Source of the DNA: a virus
Taxonomy: Duplodnaviria; Caudoviricetes
Virus record (IMG/VR): IMGVR_UViG_3300007177_000042
DNA: 64,000 nucleotides
Reading direction: 5' to 3' (one strand)
Below, piece by piece: positions 48,520 through 57,899 of this stretch. Positions within the stretch are counted from its first letter, which is position 1. Every line of letters begins with the position of its first letter. Under the pieces are notes generated by a model. That model was given only the letters and a program-made list of their open reading frames with translations, searched no databases and was not told where the DNA came from. The translations under genes were made by a program, and so were the position numbers.

Positions 48520-49179
48520 TCATTTTCTTATGTTATCATCAGCTGAAAATTTGGACATGTATCTTTCATTGTCGTTGCGCTGTTTCTCTATCGTTTTTTC
48601 GTGATACAATGATAGTTCATATACATCCGGAATGTACGAATATTTGTCCATTCCAACAATCGTTTCGTGCAACTTTCGTTCCCACTTGATTCTAGGGTCA
48701 TTTTTATAGATTCTACTTTGATAATCTGGCCAATTGACCAATCCATCTTTATTGGTTCTCCACCCCCATTTCTTGATGTCGAGGTCAGTCATCCCAATAA
48801 ACATGTTTTTTCGTGGAACATGAAATACATCAATCTGAGGATTTGATTCGAAGATTGAAGGCAAGTTTAACAACAGTATTTCGTTTGGAAGTTCGTCACC
48901 ATCGATTTGAAATATGTACTTTCCATTGCACAAAGAGTTTCCATAATTCTTATGTTCTCCATAATGGTCGTTCAGAGCATGCTTATGTAGTTTGATAGAT
49001 TTGTTGTTACTCCATCGAGTTAGTATTTCGATGGTTTTTTCATCTGTAGAATAGTCATCTACAACAACAATTTCTTTGGTGTGATCACCGGATTCATAAG
49101 CTACTCTCCAAAACAATTTTTGAAGGTTTTCTCCTTCATTGTGGGTGGTGATTAGATACGATATCAAAATATCACTCAT
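48520..49179 (-). CDS. GT2 glycosyltransferase
   Basis: ITTHNE, VVDDYSTD, FQIDGDE, WPDYQSR, LHE. Confidence 0.85.
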   Translation of the reverse strand: MSDILISYLITTHNEGENLQKLFWRVAYESGDHTKEIVVVDDYSTDEKTIEILTRWSNNKSIKLHKHALNDHYGEHKNYGNSLCNGKYIFQIDGDELPNEILLLNLPSIFESNPQIDVFHVPRKNMFIGMTDLDIKKWGWRTNKDGLVNWPDYQSRIYKNDPRIKWERKLHETIVGMDKYSYIPDVYELSLYHEKTIEKQRNDNERYMSKFSADDNIRK

Positions 49180-50489
49180 GGAGTAGGTGGTTTAGGGGTT
49201 GTAGGAACTTTGAGTTGAGGAATAACAATTTTTTGTTCGACTGCAAACTTTGGTACATAACTATCTAACAGTCCGTGTAAAACTTTATCCATTGCCTCCA
49301 ATGAAAATTCCGTAGAGTTTCGTTTACCCAATTCTTCTGCTTTATCTTTTGTTTTTTGACTCATTCCAAAGAACATATTTTTCAGTTTGTCTTGTGCGAG
49401 CCCATATGACACATTGAACCAACCAGATTCCTTTATTAACCACTGATTTGCAGCAGCGGGATTGATTTGTTCGACTTTTCCTTGTAGAAGATTTTCTGGA
49501 TTTGATGATAGAAAATCTAAATGTCCACTCCAATTAGGAGCAAGTACGGGTTTTCCACTCAATGACGCTAACAAAAGAGGATGTCCAAATCCTTCGCCGT
49601 GAGTAAATGAAACATGACATTTAACCTTTTCATGATTATACAAAGCGTTCATTTCAACGTCAGTTAGTTCGCCGTGTACAAGATATACCTTCGGAAGATC
49701 ACCACCGACCATAGATTCTACAATTTTGATTTTTTTGAGGGTGTCAGCACGATCCATCTTTGAAAAGTTTGTGCCACTAGTTTTCAAAATCAAACAAGGC
49801 TTTTGACTTCGATCTTTAAAGGTCTCAAGAAACGTCTTAATCAGGTTGCCTATGTCTTTTCGATCTGTGAATGGAGACGAACTAGTCCACTGACCTACAA
49901 ACAAAAATGCAAAGTTCTCAGGAATAGTAGACATGATTTTTTCTACAGATTCTACTTTCTCATCTGTCTTTTTATACACATTTGTATTTGCACCCCAGAA
50001 ACATACCTCCAAAGGTTTTTCAACTTTGAGTTTTTCGGTTCTTCCACTTCCATCTTTGTAAGTTTTTACATACTCGGCATCAAGAAATACTTTTTCGGAA
50101 TGCTTGGATGTAACGACGTTCATGTTCATTCTGTTCAGTCCATCGATCCATTCACCGGGTGCTGCTGTGGTTTCGATACCAGCCGTCATTCCAATGTTGT
50201 ATTTTCCAATAGGATTGAATTCATTTGGGATAGAAATTTGAATAAACAAGTCTGGTTGTCTATTCAATGGTTCACGAATAGTTTTTTCAAACAACAGTTT
50301 GTTCATTGGATCCGACATGTCCAAATCCTCTACATTGCGTTTGAGTACATTTGCGCCCCATTTTGTAGCTGCGATTTTTACATCGAATTTATCGTATCTA
50401 ATGATGCTTTTTGCGACTTCTTTTGCCCAATCGCCATATCCGCTACGGCTAAATACTGGGGCTTGTATAACACATAATGGTTTACTCAT
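49176..50489 (-). CDS. GT4-like glycosyltransferase
   Basis: SRSGYG, FLFVGQW, THGEGFGHPLL, WSGHLDF. Confidence 0.85.
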   Translation of the reverse strand: MSKPLCVIQAPVFSRSGYGDWAKEVAKSIIRYDKFDVKIAATKWGANVLKRNVEDLDMSDPMNKLLFEKTIREPLNRQPDLFIQISIPNEFNPIGKYNIGMTAGIETTAAPGEWIDGLNRMNMNVVTSKHSEKVFLDAEYVKTYKDGSGRTEKLKVEKPLEVCFWGANTNVYKKTDEKVESVEKIMSTIPENFAFLFVGQWTSSSPFTDRKDIGNLIKTFLETFKDRSQKPCLILKTSGTNFSKMDRADTLKKIKIVESMVGGDLPKVYLVHGELTDVEMNALYNHEKVKCHVSFTHGEGFGHPLLLASLSGKPVLAPNWSGHLDFLSSNPENLLQGKVEQINPAAANQWLIKESGWFNVSYGLAQDKLKNMFFGMSQKTKDKAEELGKRNSTEFSLEAMDKVLHGLLDSYVPKFAVEQKIVIPQLKVPTTPKPPTP

Positions 50490-50491
50490 AG

Positions 50492-51052
50492 TTATTTGTT
50501 GAAAATTTTATTGTCTCGTTCTCTGATAGCTTCTGAATATTTCTGACCTACGCTAATTTGTGCTTCTTTGATCTTTAACAAGTCTTCCAATGTTCTTGGC
50601 GACGACTTGACTGGATTTTTTTGTGCATCGGTACTTCCAAATCCACCTGTTCCACGATCTGTTTCATCTAGATTATCGGTCTCTGTGAACGTGTAGTCCG
50701 AATACTTTTCAAAGATGATTTGAGCTATGGCTGTTTCTTTTCCATCTTTGATAATCGGTAGTGTAACATTTTTATCTCCATGGTTCACTAATGCAACGAG
50801 AAGTTCACCTCGGTAATCTGCGTCAATGACTCCTGCGAGTACATCAATTCCGTGTTTTACGGCTAAACCACTTCGTGGTGCAATACGTCCATATGTTCCT
50901 TCTGGAATTGCTAATGCTATACCTGTTTTGAAAATTTTTCTTTCGCCTGGCTTCAAAACATGACTTTCGATGGCGTATAGATCGTAGCCAGCAGCCAGTG
51001 ACGATGCTTTGGATGGAATTTTAGCGTGTTCTGATACTTTTTTTACGTTCAT
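50492..51052 (-). CDS. dut: Trimeric dUTPase
   Basis: All five motifs: AAGYDL, RIAPRSGLA, GVIDADYRGE, IAQ, RGTGGFGST. Confidence 0.97.
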   Translation of the reverse strand: MNVKKVSEHAKIPSKASSLAAGYDLYAIESHVLKPGERKIFKTGIALAIPEGTYGRIAPRSGLAVKHGIDVLAGVIDADYRGELLVALVNHGDKNVTLPIIKDGKETAIAQIIFEKYSDYTFTETDNLDETDRGTGGFGSTDAQKNPVKSSPRTLEDLLKIKEAQISVGQKYSEAIRERDNKIFNK

Positions 51053-52029
51053 GTTAAGTTTTTAAGTTGTTCTTTGATTTTATTTACATCTGGTGATGGA
51101 AATGTCATACCGATGTGGTTATCCGGTTGAATGTTGTTGATATAATCATCAGTGGTGTGAATCGAAAACGACGGTTCTGGTTCAAAATTTGCAATAGTAT
51201 AGTCCATAGCAGCAATCAATTGATTGCACATGTTTTTTGCATTTAACCCACCTTCATTTAGGGCCCACCGTCTTCCTTCTCTTCCACACTTTTCTCTGAG
51301 TTCTGGTCCCGCCAAGTACCAGTACATTAAAGCTTCAACGATATCTGGAATCGATGCCATGTCATCAAAAATATATGGAGTTTGGTTACTACCATGCATA
51401 TCGTGATGAACTGGCCAAATAGGCTTGGCCCATGATCCATGTTTTTTGTAACGACCGATGTTGTTTGTAGAAAATTCTTTTGTGAATTCTACTGGGTTGC
51501 CGTTTTCGTCAACTTGTCCAATTTGATCCTGAAGACCGCCGGTCACATTCACAATAACGGGTGTTCCGGCCATGATGGATTCTGCTACGCTTAATCCAAA
51601 TCCTTCGTTACTTGCGATACCAACAGTGACATCAGCTAGATTGTACATCAAGTTCATATCTTTTGCTGAAATCTTTTGTTGTGAAAAATACACGGGATAG
51701 TCCTTGCACAATGATTCTTTAACTGCCAAAAGATCAGTACCATGTCCGTGTTGTCCTATTAGTTCGGTATGTAAAATAAGACAACATTTTTCTGATTGTT
51801 CTTTTGTTAAAGAATCACAAAACAATCGAAATGCTAACAACAAATTAGATACTTGTTTTCGTTTTGTATTTCGACTGTTGAAAAATACAGCATAATCATA
51901 TGACTTACCATTGTAAAATCTCTTTTTTCCTTCCAACAATTCTTTGTCATTGGAAGGCAGAGGCTTAAATGTTTCATCATTTATTCCGTGTGGAACATAA
52001 TGCAATAGTGTTTTACCTTTTACTGGCAT
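51049..52029 (-). CDS. GT4 glycosyltransferase, C-terminal half
   Basis: HYVPHGI, FFNSRNTKRKQ, SNEGFGLSVAESIMAGTPVIVNVTGGLQDQ. Confidence 0.85.
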   Translation of the reverse strand: MPVKGKTLLHYVPHGINDETFKPLPSNDKELLEGKKRFYNGKSYDYAVFFNSRNTKRKQVSNLLLAFRLFCDSLTKEQSEKCCLILHTELIGQHGHGTDLLAVKESLCKDYPVYFSQQKISAKDMNLMYNLADVTVGIASNEGFGLSVAESIMAGTPVIVNVTGGLQDQIGQVDENGNPVEFTKEFSTNNIGRYKKHGSWAKPIWPVHHDMHGSNQTPYIFDDMASIPDIVEALMYWYLAGPELREKCGREGRRWALNEGGLNAKNMCNQLIAAMDYTIANFEPEPSFSIHTTDDYINNIQPDNHIGMTFPSPDVNKIKEQLKNLT

Positions 52030-52562
52030 AGCTTTCCTTCTTTATCTAGATCTCCATTGATAGTTGTACAGTTTTCAGGCCCCAATACCCATTTATTGAT
52101 GTTATATGTTTGTTTGCTTATGCTAAACAAAGCATCACAACTTTGATAAAAAGGTTTGTTCCACATCGGATAGGGCAAATCGTCCCAAATGTTAAGATAT
52201 GTGATGGGTATTTTCTTTCTAATTTCTTTTTCAATAGCATACAACCAATCCCAATATCTTGGATCTGTGAAATGCATGATTGCATCTGGGTTTTCTTTTG
52301 CCATAACTGAGTATAATATGTCTTCGTTTCCATATCCGTTTACCGGATAGATCATTAAATATGGGTCAGAAACATTTGTTTCTTTTTTCATTAGATCACG
52401 AACGTCAATAACTTTTCCGGCTTCTGGATGATCCCGAGCACCTGCTATTTGGACCCAATCGTAATGATGAATGGTGCCACGTACTAATTCTTTAGACATC
52501 GTAGCAACACCGCTATTCATTCTAAGATCATCACTAAGTAATAGAATTTTTTTCTTGTCCAT
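52020..52562 (-). CDS. GT4 glycosyltransferase, N-terminal half (start ATG 52562, MDKKKI)
   Basis: KILLLSDDLRMNSGVATMS, HFTDPRYW, NIWDDLPYP. Confidence 0.8.
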   Translation of the reverse strand: MDKKKILLLSDDLRMNSGVATMSKELVRGTIHHYDWVQIAGARDHPEAGKVIDVRDLMKKETNVSDPYLMIYPVNGYGNEDILYSVMAKENPDAIMHFTDPRYWDWLYAIEKEIRKKIPITYLNIWDDLPYPMWNKPFYQSCDALFSISKQTYNINKWVLGPENCTTINGDLDKEGKLCQ

Positions 52563-52563
52563 A

Positions 52564-52789
52564 TTATGTTTGTTCAGATGCAACAGAAGTAATCACAGAT
52601 TGACTCTCTGGAGACAATTGTGATATCTGGTGGTTATAAATTTGATCTCTAAAGTTGGTATCATTTACAAACAGATGTAGCGATTTGTTCACTAAATCTT
52701 GTAAATAAAACTTCTTTGAAGACGATAGTTGTTTGAATTGTTCGTAGATTTCTTTATCTACTTTTACGCTTGTTAACGATTTTGACATA
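52564..52789 (-). CDS. Ribbon-helix-helix-like small DNA-binding protein (start ATG 52789)
   Basis: TSVKVDKEIYEQFK...LQDLVNKSLHLF beta-alpha-alpha pattern. Confidence 0.6.
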
Positions 52790-52836
52790 ACTTTGAACAA
52801 TACATATATATTCGTTAACAGTGTATATATTTTTAT

Positions 52837-53742
52837 TTACTCTTTTTCTGATTTATCTTCTTTGGCATCACAATTTGTTTTGTAATGAGGACAATATTTG
52901 CAATTCTTCTTGTTTTTTCCGGGATTTTTTGGATAACGTCCGTTTTCGTTGTATTGTCCATCCGGTGTAAAACATTCGTCTACAAACTGAGTAAACGTCG
53001 TCAATGCACTAGAAATGTGTTGTTTTCCATGAGACGGTTCAAAAATCTGAATACGATTCTGTGGGAAATCTACATTTTCAAGCAGTTTTCTCTTCAAAAT
53101 GTAAAATTCAATATCAATCATGTTCAATGGAACGTCGAATTTCTTTGAATAAAACGCCTTGTACAAGAGTAACTGTGAAAACTTGCTTTCATCTGCAAGC
53201 TGATACTTGTTCCAACCAAGCGAACTGGTTTTGAAATCCCAAATTTTATATTTACCGGTGGTTTTATCTTTCAGGATCAAGTCTACATACGCAATAAAAT
53301 TCACGTTATTTTTGATAGGAACTTCAAGGGGAAGTTCAACGCCAATGAACTCATATTTCCTACTCGGAAAATGCTTCATACGATTTGTAGAACTAATGAA
53401 TGTATTGAGAATGTTTTCACCATCGGTGAGAAATTCTTGATATTCTTCCTCAGTATATTTTAGTTTATCTTTATTTTCGTCTAACTCATTACGAAATTCC
53501 TTACGGAATTCGGTAACCAAACTAATTTCATCTGCTTTTTCATGACCTTCCGTATACAGAGTTTTGATGTAATTCTGAATAGTATTGTGAATTGCAGTTC
53601 CGAAACAGGTGTTTAGACTAGCTTCATACACTCTTAAACCTTTCAGATAATTCAAATACCAACTATGTGCACATTTGAACCATCCAGCATACTGGGAAAA
53701 GCTTACCGATTTTTTCTTTTTTTCTTCTATATTTTCAGACAT
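52837..53742 (-). CDS. PD-(D/E)xK nuclease, Cas4/RecB-like
   Basis: SFSQ...KC, GTAIH, YVDL...WDFKTS, QLLLY, C-terminal CKYC...C. Confidence 0.85.
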   Translation of the reverse strand: MSENIEEKKKKSVSFSQYAGWFKCAHSWYLNYLKGLRVYEASLNTCFGTAIHNTIQNYIKTLYTEGHEKADEISLVTEFRKEFRNELDENKDKLKYTEEEYQEFLTDGENILNTFISSTNRMKHFPSRKYEFIGVELPLEVPIKNNVNFIAYVDLILKDKTTGKYKIWDFKTSSLGWNKYQLADESKFSQLLLYKAFYSKKFDVPLNMIDIEFYILKRKLLENVDFPQNRIQIFEPSHGKQHISSALTTFTQFVDECFTPDGQYNENGRYPKNPGKNKKNCKYCPHYKTNCDAKEDKSEKE

Positions 53743-53748
53743 AGTTAT

Positions 53749-53777
53749 ATGATATCATAACCAAAACCAAAAGTCCA
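53749..53777 (-). promoter_or_regulatory. Sigma70-type promoter TGGACT-N17-TATCAT, leaderless
   Basis: Minus strand; ATG 53742 lies 6 nt after the -10 box. Confidence 0.65.
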
Positions 53778-53791
53778 TTATATATTCACGT

Positions 53792-54559
53792 ATGAAAACT
53801 TTCGTCATTTCACTTTTATCCATTTTAACTGCTTTTAATTTATATTCTCAAGGAGTATTTTTTGTAGATAAACAAACCGGTACTGTATCTTTAGAAAATG
53901 TAGTGAATAATACTCTCTCAACTAATTCTCCATTATCCGGTCAGACATACACTATCAACAACCAAAATTATGCAATCAAAACAGGAACAAATTCGGACGT
54001 AACCTTATTTTTGTCTAATGACGTCTATATCAGATCCAAAGAATCTACTCACTTGACACTTGATAATTTTGATCAATCATTTTCAAACATCGATGGATTG
54101 CCATCTAAGACAAGTTACACAACATTTAACAGTTCTTTGTCTTTGATAGAAGGAGAACTTGAAGTGGTTTCTGATCAAAAATCTGGCGACGAAAACATTG
54201 CAATCGTTGCTACATCATTGGCTTCTATCGTGTTGTCTAAAGGAAAATATGTTATAAGTGCAGATGATCGCACAACAATTGTTGTTGTACTTGAAGGATC
54301 CGCCACGCTGTTAGACAATTCTTCTAAAAAGAAAGAGATTGTAAAATCAAATCATACAGCTGTAGTTGTACCAGCACCAAAGTTTCAAGGACGAGGCGTA
54401 GAGACTTCTATTAAACGAGGCAATATTTTTACGATCAAACAAACAGCGAATACCGATTCTGAATCATATCTATTGAACGTTAATACAGTTGAAGAATCTG
54501 CCAAACAGTTTAGATTTATAACAATCGATAAGACAGTTCGCGGTGTTAGAATAAATTGA
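53792..54559 (+). CDS. Secreted FecR-like beta-domain protein
   Basis: Signal-peptide-like MKTFVISLLSILTAFNLYSQ; IKTGTNSDVTL, LSLIEGEL, IATSLASI, VVVLEGSA resemble the FecR domain. Confidence 0.55.
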   Translation: MKTFVISLLSILTAFNLYSQGVFFVDKQTGTVSLENVVNNTLSTNSPLSGQTYTINNQNYAIKTGTNSDVTLFLSNDVYIRSKESTHLTLDNFDQSFSNIDGLPSKTSYTTFNSSLSLIEGELEVVSDQKSGDENIAIVATSLASIVLSKGKYVISADDRTTIVVVLEGSATLLDNSSKKKEIVKSNHTAVVVPAPKFQGRGVETSIKRGNIFTIKQTANTDSESYLLNVNTVEESAKQFRFITIDKTVRGVRIN

Positions 54560-54584
54560 CACGCAACATCTTGATTGATACTGT
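54556..54584 (+). promoter_or_regulatory. Sigma70-type promoter TTGACA-N17-TACTGT, leaderless
   Basis: ATG 54591 lies 6 nt after the -10 box. Confidence 0.7.
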
Positions 54585-54590
54585 GATTGG

Positions 54591-54821
54591 ATGAATCTTG
54601 AACAACTCCAATCATTGAACGACGACGAAATTTCGATGCTTTGGTATATTGTCAATAAACTGACAACACCAATTATATCAGGTATCGAACTGGAACCAAC
54701 ACTTTTTACATCTATTGATAACCGAGCATTGATTGATCGAGTCGTACAAGCACAATCATCCGTTACAGAGGCAGCATTGCCTATTTATGACAGTCTGAAA
54801 CTCAAGATGGGTATTAGTTAA
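54591..54821 (+). CDS. Hypothetical protein
   Basis: 76 aa ORF between promoter and polymerase. Confidence 0.55.
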   Translation: MNLEQLQSLNDDEISMLWYIVNKLTTPIISGIELEPTLFTSIDNRALIDRVVQAQSSVTEAALPIYDSLKLKMGIS

Positions 54822-54827
54822 TAAGTT

Positions 54828-57494
54828 ATGTATCAAAACATTTATATCGACAAAAAGAATGAAATCGTCCATTTGTGGGACGATCAAAAGGGTTATCTTC
54901 AATTTAAGATGCCTAAGTATGCATATCGTAAGAAAGCTGGCGGAAGATATCGTTCTGTATACGGTGATGAATTGGAAAAGGTTACCTTTTTTAATAGAAA
55001 CGATCCTAGTATTTTTGAAGGCGACGTACCAACCGAAACGAGAGTTCTGATTGATGCATACGAAGATAGTGACGAACCATCTAAAGGACACCGTATTTTG
55101 TTTTTCGATATCGAGGTTGACAGCGAAGGAGGATTTCCAAATATCGAAGAAGGAGATAAGGAAATCACCGCTATTGCCTTGTATGAAAGCGTAAGCAAAA
55201 AGTATATTGCCATGATTTTGGATAAGGAACAAAAGCTCCAAAATTATGAAACCGACGACACGACTGTATTGAGTTTTTCAGATGAAGAGTCGTTGATCAG
55301 TTACTTCATGAATAAGTGGGAAGAAATCCAACCAACCATTGTAACGGGATGGAATATTGATGGATTTGACGTTCCATATTTGTATAATCGTATCAAACGA
55401 GTCATGGGTGGAGCTTTTGCTAAAAGATTGAGTCCAATTCAGGAATGTTATTACAATACATTTTCTAAACGAATGGTTGTAGCTGGTATTTCCTGTCTTG
55501 ACTATCTTACGCTATATCAGAAGTTTAGTGGTAAGAACGAGCCTACTTATGCATTGGGTGCTATTGGTAAAAAAGTTGTTAATATCGAAAAGATTACGTA
55601 TCATGGTAGTTTGAATGATTTGTATAAAGCAGATCTTAAAAAGTACATTGATTATAACTTGAACGACGTTAAAATCGTTGTGGCAATCGACAAAAAGACA
55701 CAATTCATCGACTTGGCTCGTAGTATTTGCCATACTGGGCACGTTGGATACGAACAATTTGGAACATCTTCAAGATACCTTGAGGGTGCTATTCTGATGT
55801 ACTTGCGTCGTAAAGGACGTGTTGCACCTAATAAACCAATGGAGGGTCGAGACGAATATGAACAGAGATTGGAAGACGGAGAAGAAGGATTTGAGGGAGC
55901 TTATGTTAAAAGTCCTGTGCCTGGTCGTTACGAATGGGTTTATGATTTGGATCTTACATCAATGTATCCGAATATCATCATCTCACTTAACATATCTCCT
56001 GAAACTAAAGTAGGAGTAATCAATCGTATCGAATATGATGATTGTTATTTGGATGAACGTAAGGCTGAATTGATAGAGTCCTATGAAAATTTAAGTGACA
56101 GCACCAAATCTAAAACACCCGTAGAAGACTACATCAATCAACGATTGTATTTGTACAATGCTCGTATGTTCTCACAACGAAAAGTGAGTAAGTATTACAT
56201 TGGTAATATTGTATATACTCAAGATGAATTGGAGAATTTGTTGTTTCAGTCCAATATGAGCATTGCTAGCAATGGTGCTATCTATAAACTTCCAAAAGAA
56301 GTTGGTCAGGAAGGAACTGTTCCAAGCATTCTTATCAAGTGGTTCAATGAACGTAAAGAAATGCGTAAGTTGGCATCCAAGTATCATAATGAGGGAAACC
56401 ATGAGTTATATGAGTTTTATGATCTTCGTCAGAAGGTGCAAAAGATTTTGCTCAACTCTATTTACGGATGTCTTGGTCTTCCAGTCTTTCGATTTTATGA
56501 TAAGGACAATGCTGAGGCTGTAACACTAACAGGTGTGGACATTATTAAGACTGCTAATCGTTCAATCAACCAATATTATCGTGGTGTATTGAAAGACAAC
56601 ACCGTCAGAGATCATGTTATTTATGTAGACACCGATTCTTGTTTTGCAAGTGCGTTACCTATCATTCAACAAACCATGCCTGATGTAAATCTCAACGATG
56701 AAAAGCAAATGACCGATGCTATTTTGAAAGTCACTGCTGATGCACAAAAGTATGTAAATACAATGTTCGGCATAATGGCAAAGAAATTGTTCAATGTTGA
56801 ACGACATCGGTTTGACGCAAAACAGGAGGTTATTGCTAAGACGAGTTTTTGGCTTGCAAAAAAACGGTACTGTCAATTGATCATCAATAAAGGTGGATTG
56901 GTATGTGATGAACTAGAAGTCAAGGGCATTGACGTTGTTAGAACATCATTTCCACCACAATTTAGAAAGTTCATGGGAGAAATTCTCATGGATTTCTTAA
57001 AAAAGACAGACAGAGAAGTGGTTGATCAAAAAATCTTGGATTTCAAATCGTCAATTAAGAGTCTAAAAACATTTGATATTGCAAAAAATACAAGTGTTAA
57101 GTTTCGTAGTGGTGACAAGAAAAAGGATTACAATCCAAAACAACGACAACCATTTCAGATATTGAGCGGCACCCCAGCACAAGTAAAAGCTGCGTTGGTT
57201 TATAATGATCTTCTTGATAAGTTTGGACTGTCGAAAGTAGTACCGCCAATTTTCCACGGTCAGAAGATCAAGTGGGTATATGTAAGACAAAACGAGTTTG
57301 GTGTGGACTGTATTGCTATGAAAGCCGACGGTACCGATCCAAAACAAATTTTGGATTTTGTCGATAAATATATCGATAGAGACGCTATGTATGAACAAGA
57401 ATTGAAAAGCAAACTTCTTGAATTCTATAACGTATTGAAGTGGGAATATCCAAACGAAAATAGTGCGGTAGCGTCTGAGTTTTTTGATTTTTGA
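54828..57494 (+). CDS. Family B DNA polymerase (T4 gp43-like)
   Basis: ExoI FFDIEVD, ExoII GWNIDGFDVPY, ExoIII YNLND, motif A DLTSMYP, motif B KILLNSIYG, motif C YVDTDS, KKRY, C-terminal SEFFDF. Confidence 0.97.
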   Translation: MYQNIYIDKKNEIVHLWDDQKGYLQFKMPKYAYRKKAGGRYRSVYGDELEKVTFFNRNDPSIFEGDVPTETRVLIDAYEDSDEPSKGHRILFFDIEVDSEGGFPNIEEGDKEITAIALYESVSKKYIAMILDKEQKLQNYETDDTTVLSFSDEESLISYFMNKWEEIQPTIVTGWNIDGFDVPYLYNRIKRVMGGAFAKRLSPIQECYYNTFSKRMVVAGISCLDYLTLYQKFSGKNEPTYALGAIGKKVVNIEKITYHGSLNDLYKADLKKYIDYNLNDVKIVVAIDKKTQFIDLARSICHTGHVGYEQFGTSSRYLEGAILMYLRRKGRVAPNKPMEGRDEYEQRLEDGEEGFEGAYVKSPVPGRYEWVYDLDLTSMYPNIIISLNISPETKVGVINRIEYDDCYLDERKAELIESYENLSDSTKSKTPVEDYINQRLYLYNARMFSQRKVSKYYIGNIVYTQDELENLLFQSNMSIASNGAIYKLPKEVGQEGTVPSILIKWFNERKEMRKLASKYHNEGNHELYEFYDLRQKVQKILLNSIYGCLGLPVFRFYDKDNAEAVTLTGVDIIKTANRSINQYYRGVLKDNTVRDHVIYVDTDSCFASALPIIQQTMPDVNLNDEKQMTDAILKVTADAQKYVNTMFGIMAKKLFNVERHRFDAKQEVIAKTSFWLAKKRYCQLIINKGGLVCDELEVKGIDVVRTSFPPQFRKFMGEILMDFLKKTDREVVDQKILDFKSSIKSLKTFDIAKNTSVKFRSGDKKKDYNPKQRQPFQILSGTPAQVKAALVYNDLLDKFGLSKVVPPIFHGQKIKWVYVRQNEFGVDCIAMKADGTDPKQILDFVDKYIDRDAMYEQELKSKLLEFYNVLKWEYPNENSAVASEFFDF

Positions 57495-57497
57495 GTT

Positions 57498-57899
57498 ATG
57501 AAAAGAAAAAGTCTATTACAAATACCAGAATCAGGCAGCGACCTGAAACTATATACATCATCTGGTACATTAATATCCAATGGTTATGAACGAGTTGTTA
57601 TTGGTGGTCGTGGTCCATACATTGAATTCACTGATAAACAAATTGAATTGAATTCGTTTGTAATTCCAAAAAATCAATTGTATCGACTAACGGATTTACG
57701 AATATACTACATCGAGTTTAGAAGCAACGATGAATCCAACGTAAAACTTTATTATCAATTGAAAACGGTAGCATATGCAGACTATAAAATCGGATATTTC
57801 TATATCGATCCACATGATCTGTACACAGATACCAACAAGAAATGTATAAAGACATTCGATTATGTAGATGAAACGGCACAGTCGTTTTTTGAATTATGA
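57498..57899 (+). CDS. Hypothetical protein with C-terminal QSFFEL
   Basis: 133 aa; RVVIGGRGPYIEF, YADYKIG. Confidence 0.6.
   Translation: MKRKSLLQIPESGSDLKLYTSSGTLISNGYERVVIGGRGPYIEFTDKQIELNSFVIPKNQLYRLTDLRIYYIEFRSNDESNVKLYYQLKTVAYADYKIGYFYIDPHDLYTDTNKKCIKTFDYVDETAQSFFEL

Noticed and set aside
53792-53860. Bacteroidota host inferred from the Gln after the signal peptide and weak SD usage
   Set aside because: Conflicts with multiple TTGACA/TATAAT-type promoters; the host cannot be assigned from this window
56000-56270. Possible intein in PolB after motif A
   Set aside because: The insert is only ~75 aa, with no Cys/Ser start block or His-Asn end; treated as a variable region. No inteins recognised in recA, helicase or nrdA either
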